A DNA stretch of 32,000 nt from Halomicronema hongdechloris C2206 (GTDB taxonomy: Bacteria > Cyanobacteriota > Cyanobacteriia > Phormidesmidales > Phormidesmidaceae), in assembly GCF_002075285.3 (NCBI RefSeq), contig NZ_CP021983.2:30001-62000 (forward strand), in the 5' to 3' direction. This document shows, in pieces, positions 11,151 through 21,522 of this stretch. Made by a program: the position numbers and the translations under genes. Below the pieces are notes generated by a model, which was not told where the DNA came from, made no database searches, and was given only the letters and a program-made list of their open reading frames with translations. The first letter of the stretch is position 1. The number at the start of each line of letters is the position of its first letter.

Positions 11151-11216
11151 AGGCTTATCTAGGGGTAATCCAAGGGGAATGACCGGGTTGCCAGGACCAG
11201 TCTCAAGCGTTAGTAG

Positions 11217-11253
11217 CTGTCTACCAGATAACTGTCTACCAGATAACTGTCTA
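11217..11253. repeat. 15-bp tandem direct repeat, 2.5 copies (ctgtctaccagataa), upstream of ssb
   Basis: Perfect units at 11217-11231 and 11232-11246, plus a partial ctgtcta at 11247-11253. This lies 67-103 nt upstream of the ssb ATG. Confidence 0.85.
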
Positions 11254-11367
11254 AGGGCGGCTATTGGCCGATGCTGACCCCCCTGAAGCTGTCTGGCTAG
11301 CGTTATCCTAGTGTGACATCTTGCCAGGGGAACTGTACTGGCCGTGAATGAAATCAATCCTAATATA

Positions 11368-11412
11368 GCCACCGCCACCATGCTTTGTGCGGTGGCGAGC
11401 CAGTCAGCCCCC
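11368..11412 (-). repeat. 45-bp dispersed hairpin repeat, copy A
   Basis: The reverse complement gggggctgactggctcgccaccgcacaaagcatggtggcggtggc closely matches 15224-15269. It contains the stem GCCACCGC/GCGGTGGC. Confidence 0.7.
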
Positions 11413-11664
11413 TAGACTGGGCTATTGGACGATCAACCATGTCCTAAGCTGACTGGCCAGCGCTATATCTACTATCCATCAAGGTCAGGCTTGGATCTGG
11501 GGTTCGCCTTGGTAAAACCTCTAGTCTGGACTGAGGCTCGGCGAATTCCTGGGAACTCATCGGCTAGGGAATCTCTCTAAATGTTTGAGTGTTTGAGAGC
11601 ATCTTGAGAGCAGTGCTACAGACAATTGAACCATGTTTTTCTCTAAATAAAGGCTAGAGGTTGA

Positions 11665-12786
<1,122 letters not shown>

Positions 12787-12798
12787 TGATCCTAAACA

Positions 12799-13602
12799 AT
12801 GGCTATGTTTGCGCTGCGTCGGTGGTGGAATCGACATGCCCTTCAGGCAGGACTTATTGTGCTTGCTGTAGGCACTGCTTGGGCTGTGCGGCAGCAGGAG
12901 GGAGGCATGCTTTACGACGCCTATCGCTGGATCACTCAGCCTCTGCAGCCTGGTCTTCCAAGTGAGCAAGTTTTGCAAGATCGCTATGTGCTGGAGTTAC
13001 AGCAACGCATCATAGAATTGGAGAATCAAAATCGCTCCCTGCGAAATCTGCTGGACTATAACGGGTCGCTTCAGTCTCGGGGGATTCCTGCCGCTGTTAT
13101 TGGTCGTAGCGCTGATTATTGGTGGCAGCAAGTCACCTTAAATCGAGGGCAGCGCGATGGTATTAATGTTGGCTATATCGTCACCGGACCGGGAGGATTG
13201 GTGGGACGGGTCAGCCAAGTATCAGCCCATACGAGTCAAGTCTTGTTGATTAGTGATCCCACCAGTCGCGTCGGGGCTACCGTGAGCCGCAGCCGGGTCA
13301 TGGGCTATATCCGTGGCAAATCTGGCGAGCGAGTGGTGATGGAATTTTTTGATAAGTCTTTAGATGTGAAGGTGGGGGATGTAGTGTCCACCTCTGCCTA
13401 CAGCCATCGCTTTCCGGCTGATGTCCCCATCGGTCGAATTGAGTCGCTGGATCTCAATAAGAGCCCTGCCCCTGAAGCTGTGATTAAGCTCTCGGCACCT
13501 CTCAACCAGCTGGAATGGGTGACGGTTCATCGATTTTCCCCCGCCGAGGACGAGTTTGATCCGATGGCTGATCCCCTCTCAGAAGAGTCGGCTCAGCCAT
13601 GA
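12799..13602 (+). CDS. mreC: rod shape-determining protein MreC
   Basis: It has an N-terminal TM segment, a coiled-coil (LELQQRIIELENQNRSLRNLL), then a beta-barrel region (GINVGYIVTGPGGLVGRV, VSTSAYSHRFPADVPIGRI). It lies directly between mreB and mreD. Confidence 0.9.
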   Translation: MAMFALRRWWNRHALQAGLIVLAVGTAWAVRQQEGGMLYDAYRWITQPLQPGLPSEQVLQDRYVLELQQRIIELENQNRSLRNLLDYNGSLQSRGIPAAVIGRSADYWWQQVTLNRGQRDGINVGYIVTGPGGLVGRVSQVSAHTSQVLLISDPTSRVGATVSRSRVMGYIRGKSGERVVMEFFDKSLDVKVGDVVSTSAYSHRFPADVPIGRIESLDLNKSPAPEAVIKLSAPLNQLEWVTVHRFSPAEDEFDPMADPLSEESAQP

Positions 13603-14174
13603 CCTCTACACTCCCACAATCCCCCACGGCTGTTTGGAAGTCGCGACTGTTGAATTGGTCCCTGACCGTAGCCTCCGTGTGTGGTTGTTTGTTTCTACTA
13701 CCGGTGCGCGTACCGGGTATGGAGTTACTGGGAGTAACCCCGAATTGGCTCTTGATTTGGGTGGTTGCTTGGAGTGTGAAGCGATCGGCCTTTCAGGGGG
13801 CTGTGGCTGGATTGGTGTTGGGATTATTGCAGGATGCGATGACGGCTGATTTTCCTACCCACACCCTAGGGTTAGTGATAGTGGGTGTCTTGACCGGGCA
13901 GTTACAGAAGCAACGGTTTATTCAAGAGGATATCGTCTCGGTAGCGCTGATTGTGTTTGGGATGGCTGTGATCGCGGAGACAGCCATGGCAGTTCAAATC
14001 AGTCTCCATAGGCTGTTTCAGCCTGATTCTCTGTTTCCTGCCCTCTCGGAGATTTGGTTGTATCATCAGCGGATATCGCTGAGTTCGGCCATTTTAAGTA
14101 GTGTATGGGCTCCTGCGCTTTACTATCCCCTGAATCGCTGGTGGCAAGCTCATGGATTGCCTGATGCTGGCTAA
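13599..14174 (+). CDS. mreD: rod shape-determining protein MreD
   Basis: Polytopic membrane protein. Its start overlaps the mreC stop (ATGA). The call rests on position in the mreBCD operon. Confidence 0.8.
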   Translation: MTSTLPQSPTAVWKSRLLNWSLTVASVCGCLFLLPVRVPGMELLGVTPNWLLIWVVAWSVKRSAFQGAVAGLVLGLLQDAMTADFPTHTLGLVIVGVLTGQLQKQRFIQEDIVSVALIVFGMAVIAETAMAVQISLHRLFQPDSLFPALSEIWLYHQRISLSSAILSSVWAPALYYPLNRWWQAHGLPDAG

Positions 14175-14224
14175 TTGGTAACCACAAGAGTTTACCAGCA
14201 GGAACTGCATGAGGGATCGTTGGC

Positions 14225-15061
14225 TTAGCTGAGTGATTGGGGTAAGGAGTAGCGGAGAGACTTGTTCGTGGGGACAGCTTGTTGGTGGCAGCGGCTGACC
14301 CATCGAGCGGCTGACCAGAGATCTTGGTGCAGATGGTCGGGTTGAAATTTCTGTAGATAGAGCCTATTGCGAACACCGCACGTAAGCCCGATGGTGGTCA
14401 GCTGGGCAGCTTGGCCCGCTAGGATATCCGCTTCGGTATCACCAACCATCCAAGCAGTGTTCAGAGATTGACCTTGACGACCCTGATCTGCGATCGCATC
14501 TCGGAGGCGCCGAATCTTGTGGTCCGCATGGTTAGCATAGGCAGCTTGGGAATCCACGGCACCGTAGATCTCTCGAATAGCCCAATCGAGCTGATGCCGA
14601 CGCAAGAACTCTGCCACCTGAGTAGACTGGCGCAGGGTGACGATCACCACCTGAATGCCATGGGAGCGTAACAATCGCAGCGCCTGTCTGGCACTGGGTT
14701 GCAGCCTATCATGAGCCAATAGAGCCGGCTCATTCACAATCTCTCGTACCCGGGCCAAAAACCACACCACCGCCTCTCCCTGCAAGCCTGAACAGGCGGC
14801 AATCTTAGGATCGGGCACCCGATTCGTCTTCAACCGCCAGAACTGCTCTCGATTCAGCCGATGCACCGGCAGTAGCCCATCTGTAGTAGCAAAGTGAACC
14901 TGGGTATCCGACAGTCCCTGGCAGTAGGTGGCGTAATAGCGATCTGCCACATCCACTAAGGGGCCATCGAAGTCACAGAACAGGATGGCACTAGCAGGCG
15001 TGAATGGCCGCATCAGGGCCTGCAACGATTGACGTAGAGATGGGGGGACGCCACTGGGCAT
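14225..15061 (-). CDS. HAD-superfamily hydrolase (phosphatase-like)
   Basis: HAD motif I is FCDFDGPLVDV, and a late MVGDTEADILAG matches motif IV. The substrate is unknown. Confidence 0.7.
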   Translation of the reverse strand: MPSGVPPSLRQSLQALMRPFTPASAILFCDFDGPLVDVADRYYATYCQGLSDTQVHFATTDGLLPVHRLNREQFWRLKTNRVPDPKIAACSGLQGEAVVWFLARVREIVNEPALLAHDRLQPSARQALRLLRSHGIQVVIVTLRQSTQVAEFLRRHQLDWAIREIYGAVDSQAAYANHADHKIRRLRDAIADQGRQGQSLNTAWMVGDTEADILAGQAAQLTTIGLTCGVRNRLYLQKFQPDHLHQDLWSAARWVSRCHQQAVPTNKSLRYSLPQSLS

Positions 15062-15223
15062 AGGAGCTGTGACAACCTCGCAAACTTACTAAATGTTTCT
15101 TTACTTTAGCAATCCTATTTGTCATCTAGGGGAGTGATTGGAAGTTAATATATAAACCAAAGATATACTTATAGAATGTAAACAAAGCCTGATTTATATG
15201 ATGCTAGCCTGTCCGCCGAGGCC

Positions 15224-15269
15224 GGGGAGGCTACTGGCTCATCACCGCACAAAGCTTCGTGGCGGTGGC
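15224..15269 (+). repeat. 45-bp dispersed hairpin repeat, copy B
   Basis: ggggaggctactggctcatcaccgcacaaagcttcgtggcggtggc matches the reverse complement of 11368-11412, with a few substitutions and one indel. Confidence 0.7.
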
Positions 15270-15366
15270 AGTAGATGCGTCTATGTCTTGGCCCGTTTAG
15301 ATTAGCGAAGACTTAAGCGATGCGCCCGGGACTTGAGGCTTTGGTCGTCTAAGCGATTCCCGGCCA

Positions 15367-15822
15367 CTAGCCAGGATCATGTTCCCGCTCTAGTAGCAGT
15401 GTCACGGGTCCATCATTCTGGATAGAGAGCTGCATCATGGCCCCAAATACTCCCGTTTCTACCCGCAGCCCGCTCTGACGCAATTGCTCGACAAACTGTT
15501 GATACAGAATCTTGGCCTGGGGCGGCGGAGCAGCTCGATCGAAGGAGGGGCGCCGACCCTTGCGGCAGTCGCCATAGAGGGTGAATTGACTCACTACCAG
15601 AAGCTCACCCTCGATGTCCTGCACAGATTGATCCCAGCGCTCCTGGTCCGGGCGAGGAAACACCCGCAAGCCCAAACACTTGCGCACCATCCAAGCGAGT
15701 TCGGTGCTGGTATCCGTGGCGGTGATCCCGACTAACAGGGCTAAGCCTCGACCAATCGCCCCCACTACCTCACCACCTACGGAGACCTGAGCCGCCACGA
15801 CTCGCTGAATCACCACCCGCAT
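15367..15822 (-). CDS. dtd: D-aminoacyl-tRNA deacylase
   Basis: 151 aa. MRVVIQRV..., SQFTLYGD and GPVTLLLE are the conserved Dtd motifs. Confidence 0.9.
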   Translation of the reverse strand: MRVVIQRVVAAQVSVGGEVVGAIGRGLALLVGITATDTSTELAWMVRKCLGLRVFPRPDQERWDQSVQDIEGELLVVSQFTLYGDCRKGRRPSFDRAAPPPQAKILYQQFVEQLRQSGLRVETGVFGAMMQLSIQNDGPVTLLLEREHDPG

Positions 15823-15828
15823 CGGCCA

Positions 15829-16965
15829 CTATTTACCGAAGCCTTGACCGCGGTTGGATGATGGTAAGCAAACACAGTGTTCCAGTTGCTGGCGCAGGGT
15901 TTCCGTATCTAAGTTCTGGCCAATCAGCACGATTTGATTCTTAGGCGCCCCTGTCCACTCATCGTCATCTAGAGAAAATCGCTTGCCACTGAGATGAAAG
16001 ATGTGCCGTTTGGGGCTTTCATCAAACCAGAGAATGCCTTTAGCCCGAAAGACGGTCTCGGGTAATTGGTTGTCTAGAAAATACTGAAACTTGCGAATGG
16101 CAAAGGGTTTGTCACTGGCAAAGGACAAGGAGGCAAAGCCATCGATGGCGAGATGATCTGAGCCGTGATGATGGTGTTCGTGGTCATGATCGTGGTCGCA
16201 GTGACTATGGTCATGGTGATCGTGACCATGCTCATGCTCGTGCTCATGCTCGTGCCCATGGTGGTGGTGCTCATGATCATGGGCCTGCTCGGCTGCAAAG
16301 TACTTATCGGACTCAAACAGGCCCACACTAAGAATTAACGGTAAGGGCACTTGAGAGCGGGTGGTGCGCAGAATCCGCGTCCCTTCCTTAACCTCACGCA
16401 GTTTCACCTCTAGGAGATCCAGGTCGGCTTCGTCGACAAGATCGACCTTATTGAGCAAGATGATGTCGCCGTAGGCAATCTGGTTGTAGGCAGCTTGGCT
16501 ATTGAACAGATCCAGGCTGTAATTTTCAGCATCCACTACAGTGACGATGGAATCTAGCCGGGTCAGATCCCGCAGTTCCGTACCCAGGAAGGTAAGGGCA
16601 ATGGGGAGGGGATCGGCCAAGCCAGTGGTCTCAACCACGAGGTAGTCAATCTGATCTTGCCGTTCTAACACCTTATAGACGGCGTCCATTAAATCGTTAT
16701 TGATGGTGCAGCAGATGCAACCATTGCTCAGCTCCACCATGGTGTCGTCAGTATCGTCGGTGCTGATCAGCAAGTCGTTGTCAATGCCGATCTCTCCAAA
16801 TTCGTTTACCAGGACGGCGGTCTTCACTCCCTCTTGATTGCTGAGGATGTGGTTCAGTAGGGTGGTTTTGCCGCTGCCCAGGAAACCAGTGATAATCGTC
16901 ACCGGTAGCCCACGCTTGATATCGTCCATGGAACTGGGGGAAGCAGGGGTGGCAACTGATGTCAT
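15829..16965 (-). CDS. COG0523 (CobW/ZigA/YciC-like) G3E GTPase with His-rich insert, putative zinc metallochaperone
   Basis: Walker A GFLGSGKTTLLN, the CxCC metal motif GCICCT, and the CobW C-terminal domain are present. A 43-residue stretch holds 24 His (HDHEHHHHGHEHEHEHEHGHDHHDHSHCDHDHDHEHHHHGSDH). The gene ends 6 nt before the dtd start. Confidence 0.9.
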   Translation of the reverse strand: MTSVATPASPSSMDDIKRGLPVTIITGFLGSGKTTLLNHILSNQEGVKTAVLVNEFGEIGIDNDLLISTDDTDDTMVELSNGCICCTINNDLMDAVYKVLERQDQIDYLVVETTGLADPLPIALTFLGTELRDLTRLDSIVTVVDAENYSLDLFNSQAAYNQIAYGDIILLNKVDLVDEADLDLLEVKLREVKEGTRILRTTRSQVPLPLILSVGLFESDKYFAAEQAHDHEHHHHGHEHEHEHEHGHDHHDHSHCDHDHDHEHHHHGSDHLAIDGFASLSFASDKPFAIRKFQYFLDNQLPETVFRAKGILWFDESPKRHIFHLSGKRFSLDDDEWTGAPKNQIVLIGQNLDTETLRQQLEHCVCLPSSNRGQGFGK

Positions 16966-17099
16966 AGGGAATTCGAGGGAATGTCATTAATGTCGGGGCA
17001 GGGTGCCGACCTCAAGACGAGCCCTAGCACCGTAGAATACTTTCTATACTAAACCGTGTCTAAGGCTAGCCTGGCAGTTTCCCTACTCCTGATCAACTA

Positions 17100-18581
17100 A
17101 TGTCTTTACGTTTGTACAACAGTCTCAGCCGTCAAAAGGAAGTCTTTCAGCCGTTGCAAGCCGGGCGCGTGACCATGTATTGCTGTGGCGTGACGGTGTA
17201 TGACTACTGCCATTTGGGCCATGCCCGCTCCTACATCGTCTGGGATACGGTGCGGCGCTACTTGATGTGGCGGGGATATCGGGTGCATTATGTGCAGAAT
17301 TTCACTGATATCGACGATAAAATTCTGAACCGGGCCAAAACAGAGCATTCATCCATGCAAACGGTAGCGGAGCGATTTACCCGCGCCTATTTCGAAGACA
17401 TGGCCCGGCTCAATATTTTAGAGGCCGATGACTATACCTACGCTACCCAAACCCTGGATGGCATCCAGCGGCTCATTCGGGAACTGGAGCAGAAGGGCTA
17501 TGCCTATGCTGCTGATGGCGATGTGTACTACTCGGTACGGAAGTTTCCGAACTATGGCAAGTTGTCGGGTCGTAAGTTAGAGGATATGCAGGTGGGGGCC
17601 AGCGGCCGGGTAGCAGCGACTGAGGGGGGACCACAGAAGCAAGATCCCTTCGATTTTGCCCTGTGGAAGCAAGCCAAGGAGGGAGAACCCTTTTGGCACT
17701 CTCCTTGGGGGCCGGGGCGGCCGGGTTGGCATATTGAGTGCTCGGCCATGGTGCGCGATCGCATGGGAGACACCATCGATATTCACGTGGGCGGCTCGGA
17801 TTTGATCTTTCCCCACCACGAAAATGAGATCGCCCAGTCGGAGGCGGCTACCGGCAAGCCGTTGGCTCGCTATTGGCTGCACAATGGCATGGTGAATGTC
17901 GGCGGCGAGAAGATGTCGAAGTCCTTGGGCAACTTCACCACGATTCGCCAGCTGCTGGATGCTCCCAATAGCCCTGATCCCATGGCGCTGCGGTTGTTTG
18001 TGCTGCAAGCTCAGTATCGCAAGCCCCTGGATTTTACCGCCGATGCGATCGCATCGGCCAGTAACAGCTGGGCCACTCTAAAACAGGGCCTATTGTTTGG
18101 CCATCACCACGGTGAGCGCCTGGGCTGGTCCGATTGGCCCGACCCTGACTTTGGCAACCCCGCTGCCATGCACATCGATCCAGACAGTCCTGCAGTACAG
18201 CAATTTCAGGCGGGCATGGACGATGACATCAATACCCCCGCCGCCATCGCCATTCTCTTTGAACTAGCCAAGGATCTACGGCGAGCCGGCAACGTCATCA
18301 CCCATACGGGACAGCCCGACGAAGACACCGGTCAGCTACGGCAACGCTGGCAGACCCTGGTGGTACTAGCCCAAGTGCTGGGACTAGAAGCCCAGCCTGA
18401 TGCGAGTGAGGCCACCGCCCAGGAGCTATCGGATCAGGCCATCGCTGCCCTGCTGCAGCAACGACAGGCAGCCCGCCAAAACAAAGACTTTGCCACCGCC
18501 GATCGCATCCGCGACCAACTACAAGCCCAAGGCATCACCCTAATCGATAAGCCGGGTGGCGTCACCGACTGGCACCGATGA
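17100..18581 (+). CDS. cysS: cysteine--tRNA ligase
   Basis: Class I synthetase signatures HLGHAR (HIGH) and KMSKS are present. The positions I recall as zinc ligands are also retained (CGVTVYD, WHIECSAM, HHENE). Confidence 0.95.
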   Translation: MSLRLYNSLSRQKEVFQPLQAGRVTMYCCGVTVYDYCHLGHARSYIVWDTVRRYLMWRGYRVHYVQNFTDIDDKILNRAKTEHSSMQTVAERFTRAYFEDMARLNILEADDYTYATQTLDGIQRLIRELEQKGYAYAADGDVYYSVRKFPNYGKLSGRKLEDMQVGASGRVAATEGGPQKQDPFDFALWKQAKEGEPFWHSPWGPGRPGWHIECSAMVRDRMGDTIDIHVGGSDLIFPHHENEIAQSEAATGKPLARYWLHNGMVNVGGEKMSKSLGNFTTIRQLLDAPNSPDPMALRLFVLQAQYRKPLDFTADAIASASNSWATLKQGLLFGHHHGERLGWSDWPDPDFGNPAAMHIDPDSPAVQQFQAGMDDDINTPAAIAILFELAKDLRRAGNVITHTGQPDEDTGQLRQRWQTLVVLAQVLGLEAQPDASEATAQELSDQAIAALLQQRQAARQNKDFATADRIRDQLQAQGITLIDKPGGVTDWHR

Positions 18582-18583
18582 CC

Positions 18584-19132
18584 TCAACTGCCCAGCAGCC
18601 CAGCCGGAGGATCAATCTCGACCCATCCCTGCTCTAAATTCACCATGGGCACGATCGCCTCGACGAAGGGAATGAGCACCGGTGATGGCGGTTTCTCAGC
18701 AGCCGAGGGTTGGCTCGATTGATCCAGTGTCACTGCCAGCAGGTCATTACCGGCTGAGAACACATCCACAACCCGACCAATGGGGGTCTTAGCCGGGAGC
18801 AACCGAACTTCTAACCCAATCAAATCCGCCACATGGAACTCCCCAGGTTCTAGGGGCAAGCGCTCGGTCTCCGGTACCAGCAACTGGCAGTGGCGCAAGG
18901 CTTCGGCCTGTTGCCGAGTTGTCACCTGAGCCAGACGGACAACATACAGCCCCTTGCTGTTGAGAAAGCGTCCCTGTCGCAGATCGACGGGCTGAGGCGG
19001 ATCCTGACCGGCATGGCGCACCCAGCGTCGCCCGGGCTGGGTGAAGCGCTCGGGAAAATCACTATTGGGATATACCCGCACCTCTCCCTGCAGGCCGTGG
19101 GGTGCTACAATTTTGCCGACTTCAAGCCACAT
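18584..19132 (-). CDS. rimM: 16S rRNA processing protein RimM
   Basis: 182 aa. VGKIVAPHGLQGEVRVYPNSDFPERF is the RimM N-terminal domain, followed by a PRC-barrel C-terminal domain. Confidence 0.85.
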   Translation of the reverse strand: MWLEVGKIVAPHGLQGEVRVYPNSDFPERFTQPGRRWVRHAGQDPPQPVDLRQGRFLNSKGLYVVRLAQVTTRQQAEALRHCQLLVPETERLPLEPGEFHVADLIGLEVRLLPAKTPIGRVVDVFSAGNDLLAVTLDQSSQPSAAEKPPSPVLIPFVEAIVPMVNLEQGWVEIDPPAGLLGS

Positions 19133-19207
19133 GCTTATTACCTATCGTGGTGGTTGGCGATCGACGGCGGCTAGCAACACTGCCGGGCCACGTCGATGCC
19201 AGTTAAC

Positions 19208-20506
19208 CTAGTGCACAGCAGCAGGCTGATGGTGGGCGGGGGCCGATTGATAGACTGCCTGGACCACCTTGGCCAGGTGCCTCAGCCCGGTAACAATTTC
19301 GTCGTTGCTGGCCGTCAAGCTCATGCGAATGCACTGATGAGTATGCTCCCAATCGTCTCTTAACCCTGGGAAGAAGGGACTGCCTGGAACCACAATCACC
19401 CCATGGGCTTTCAACGCCTGATACAGTTCCCAATCGCTGATGGGCAGGTCCTGGAACCAGAGCCAGGCAAATATGGACCCTTCCCCCCGATGCAGGAACC
19501 AAGGCACCTCAGGCATGGCGGCATCTAGGGTCTCCTCCAGTATCGTGAATTTATTGCCGTAGTGAGGCCGAATCACCGTTTCGGAAATGTCGGCTAGGGC
19601 TCCCGATGCGATCGCACGAGTGGCAATAGCCTGACCATAGCGAGAGGAATGGATGCAGAGATTAGTCTGAAAAGACTGCAGTACCTGGATCACCCCGGCA
19701 TCTCCTAAGGCAACGCCAAGGCGCTCTCCCGGCAGACCCGCCTTAGAGAGACTAATGCAGTGGATGATGTTGGAGCCAAACATCGGCGTCATCTCGGTGA
19801 AATTGAGGGCTGGAAAGGGCGGCGCATAGGCCGAATCCACCAACACAGGCACATTATGGGGAGCAGCCAGCTCCGCAATCCGCCGCACCTCCTCATCGGT
19901 AAGCACATTGCCCGTCGGATTACAGGGCCGCGAAAACAAGACCAACCCAGTGTTCTGATTGATTTCTAACTGCTGGAAGTCAGGGCGATACTTGAAGCGA
20001 TGAGGCTCCTTACCAATTTCGATGGCTGGACGATAGGCCCGCAGCGCCTCAGGCACCAGAGAGACACCGCCGTAACCGGTGTAATCAGGGCTCAAGGGCA
20101 ATACGATTTCCCTGAGATTACCCTCAGTGGTGTAACCTCCCAGGGCATTGGCTGCAAAGAAATAGAGAGCCTGACTACCCGGCGTAATCAAAATGTTGCG
20201 ATCGGTCAGAGAGAGTCCATAGCGTTGGTTGAAATCAGCCAGTACCGCTTCGATAAACGGCTCATAGCCCTGGCTAGAGCCATAGCGACAGACCACCTCG
20301 CCATATTCTGAGCTCGCCATCAAATCGGCGGTGCAGTCTCGCCACAGGTTTTCTACCTCAGGCAGAATCACCGGATTGCCAGCACTGAGATTAATAAAGT
20401 CTCGATCCTTGCCCCCCCGTAGGGTCTCAATGATGTCCTTCATGATGGCCCGCACCCCGGTCAGGTGGGACATCTGATCGCCGAATTGAGTCAGGGCAGG
20501 ATTCAT
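19208..20506 (-). CDS. PLP-dependent class I/II aminotransferase, valine--pyruvate transaminase (AvtA)-like
   Basis: 432 aa. The N-terminus (FGDQMSHLTGVRAIMKDI...NLSAGNP) resembles AvtA. The SLSKAGLPGERLG motif carries the PLP lysine. Confidence 0.7.
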   Translation of the reverse strand: MNPALTQFGDQMSHLTGVRAIMKDIIETLRGGKDRDFINLSAGNPVILPEVENLWRDCTADLMASSEYGEVVCRYGSSQGYEPFIEAVLADFNQRYGLSLTDRNILITPGSQALYFFAANALGGYTTEGNLREIVLPLSPDYTGYGGVSLVPEALRAYRPAIEIGKEPHRFKYRPDFQQLEINQNTGLVLFSRPCNPTGNVLTDEEVRRIAELAAPHNVPVLVDSAYAPPFPALNFTEMTPMFGSNIIHCISLSKAGLPGERLGVALGDAGVIQVLQSFQTNLCIHSSRYGQAIATRAIASGALADISETVIRPHYGNKFTILEETLDAAMPEVPWFLHRGEGSIFAWLWFQDLPISDWELYQALKAHGVIVVPGSPFFPGLRDDWEHTHQCIRMSLTASNDEIVTGLRHLAKVVQAVYQSAPAHHQPAAVH

Positions 20507-20672
20507 AGTAGCTGGCCGGTCAACAACGACACGATTGAATTGATGCTAGCGGATTCTCCCTGGATCTTAAACCTTAAGGGTTCCTAGCCGAGGGAATTCA
20601 ATAATGACTTGAGCAGTCGTAGACTCAGTCGGTTATCAGGAGGGCATTACTCTGCTCCATCGCTCTAAAACC

Positions 20673-20702
20673 TGCGTATTCTAGAAATGCGTATTCTAGA
20701 AA
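20673..20702 (+). promoter_or_regulatory. perfect 15-bp tandem duplication (tgcgtattctagaaa x2), candidate operator upstream of the ZIP transporter gene
   Basis: Units at 20673-20687 and 20688-20702, each containing the palindrome TTCTAGAA. They lie 40-69 nt upstream of ATG 20742. Confidence 0.35.
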
Positions 20703-20741
20703 GTGGTCTGGGGCAGAAAAATTGGGCACCGTCGTTCAACC

Positions 20742-21515
20742 ATGAGCATTATCGTTCTAGGATCTCTAGCCAGTCTGTTAGCTGGATTAGGCACAGCCGT
20801 CGGAGCATTGCCAGTATTGCTTCCTATCGACATTCCCAACAAGATTCAAGGAGTCCTACTGGGGCTAGGCGGCGGGATTATGCTAGCCGCCACCTCTTTC
20901 TCCTTGCTCGTGCCCGGGACTGAGGCCGCCATCGCCCAGGGCCATTCAACCCCCATGGCAGCTCTGATTATCGTGTTGGGTGTGTTATTAGGTAGTGGGC
21001 TCCTGTGGCAAGCCCATAACCACTTTCCCCACGAACATATCTTCAAAGGCCAGGAAGGCCCTGCGGCCCAAAACCTGACGCGCATCTGGCTATTTGTGAT
21101 CGCCATTACTCTGCACAACTTTCCGGAAGGCCTAGCGGTTGGGGTGGGCTTTGGCGGCGGGGAGACCGCCAGCGCCTTCGCCTTGGCCCTTGGCATTGGT
21201 TTGCAGAACATTCCCGAGGGGCTTGTGGTGGCCATTGCCTTACGGAATTTGCACTACAGCTCCCGCTATGCTCTCGGTGTGTCTACGCTGACCGGATTGG
21301 TGGAGCCCATCGGCGGTCTCTTGGGAGTTAGCGTGGTCAGCCTAGCTCAATCTCTGCTGCCCTGGGGCATGGCCTTGGCTGCCGGAGCCATGTTGTTTGT
21401 GATCGTGGATGAAATCATTCCTGAAATAGACGAGAAAAGCCTAGGTCAGAGCGGTACCCTAGGCGTCATGCTTGGATTTGTGGTCATGATGTTTCTCGAT
21501 ATTTCCCTTGGGTAA
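20742..21515 (+). CDS. ZIP-family divalent metal (zinc) transporter, ZupT/GufA-like
   Basis: Polytopic protein with conserved HNFPEGLAVG and LQNIPEGL motifs. I start it at ATG 20742 (MSIIVLGSLA...) rather than the track's upstream alternative start. Confidence 0.85.
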   Translation: MSIIVLGSLASLLAGLGTAVGALPVLLPIDIPNKIQGVLLGLGGGIMLAATSFSLLVPGTEAAIAQGHSTPMAALIIVLGVLLGSGLLWQAHNHFPHEHIFKGQEGPAAQNLTRIWLFVIAITLHNFPEGLAVGVGFGGGETASAFALALGIGLQNIPEGLVVAIALRNLHYSSRYALGVSTLTGLVEPIGGLLGVSVVSLAQSLLPWGMALAAGAMLFVIVDEIIPEIDEKSLGQSGTLGVMLGFVVMMFLDISLG

Positions 21516-21522
21516 ATCAGCC

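Noticed and set aside
11151-11381. A 77-aa N-terminal extension of SSB in the track ORF.
   Set aside because: It runs through the 15-bp tandem repeat and the 45-bp hairpin repeat. The canonical SSB N-terminus MSINVVTLVGR starts at ATG 11150.
15062-15366. A possible ncRNA gene (SRP, 6S or tRNA-like) in the AT-rich dtd/HAD spacer and other long spacers (30515-30942, 9996-10422).
   Set aside because: No conserved SRP or 6S motifs and no tRNA cloverleaf or T-loop (GGTTCGA-type) sequences were found. Only the repeats reported above stand out.
17031-17050. A shared TAGAATAC-like motif upstream of cysS/COG0523, the ZIP gene, prx and mreB, considered as evidence of one regulon.
   Set aside because: TAGAAT is a near-consensus -10 hexamer, so its recurrence in promoter regions is expected. 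I keep it only as a caveat within the operator hypothesis.
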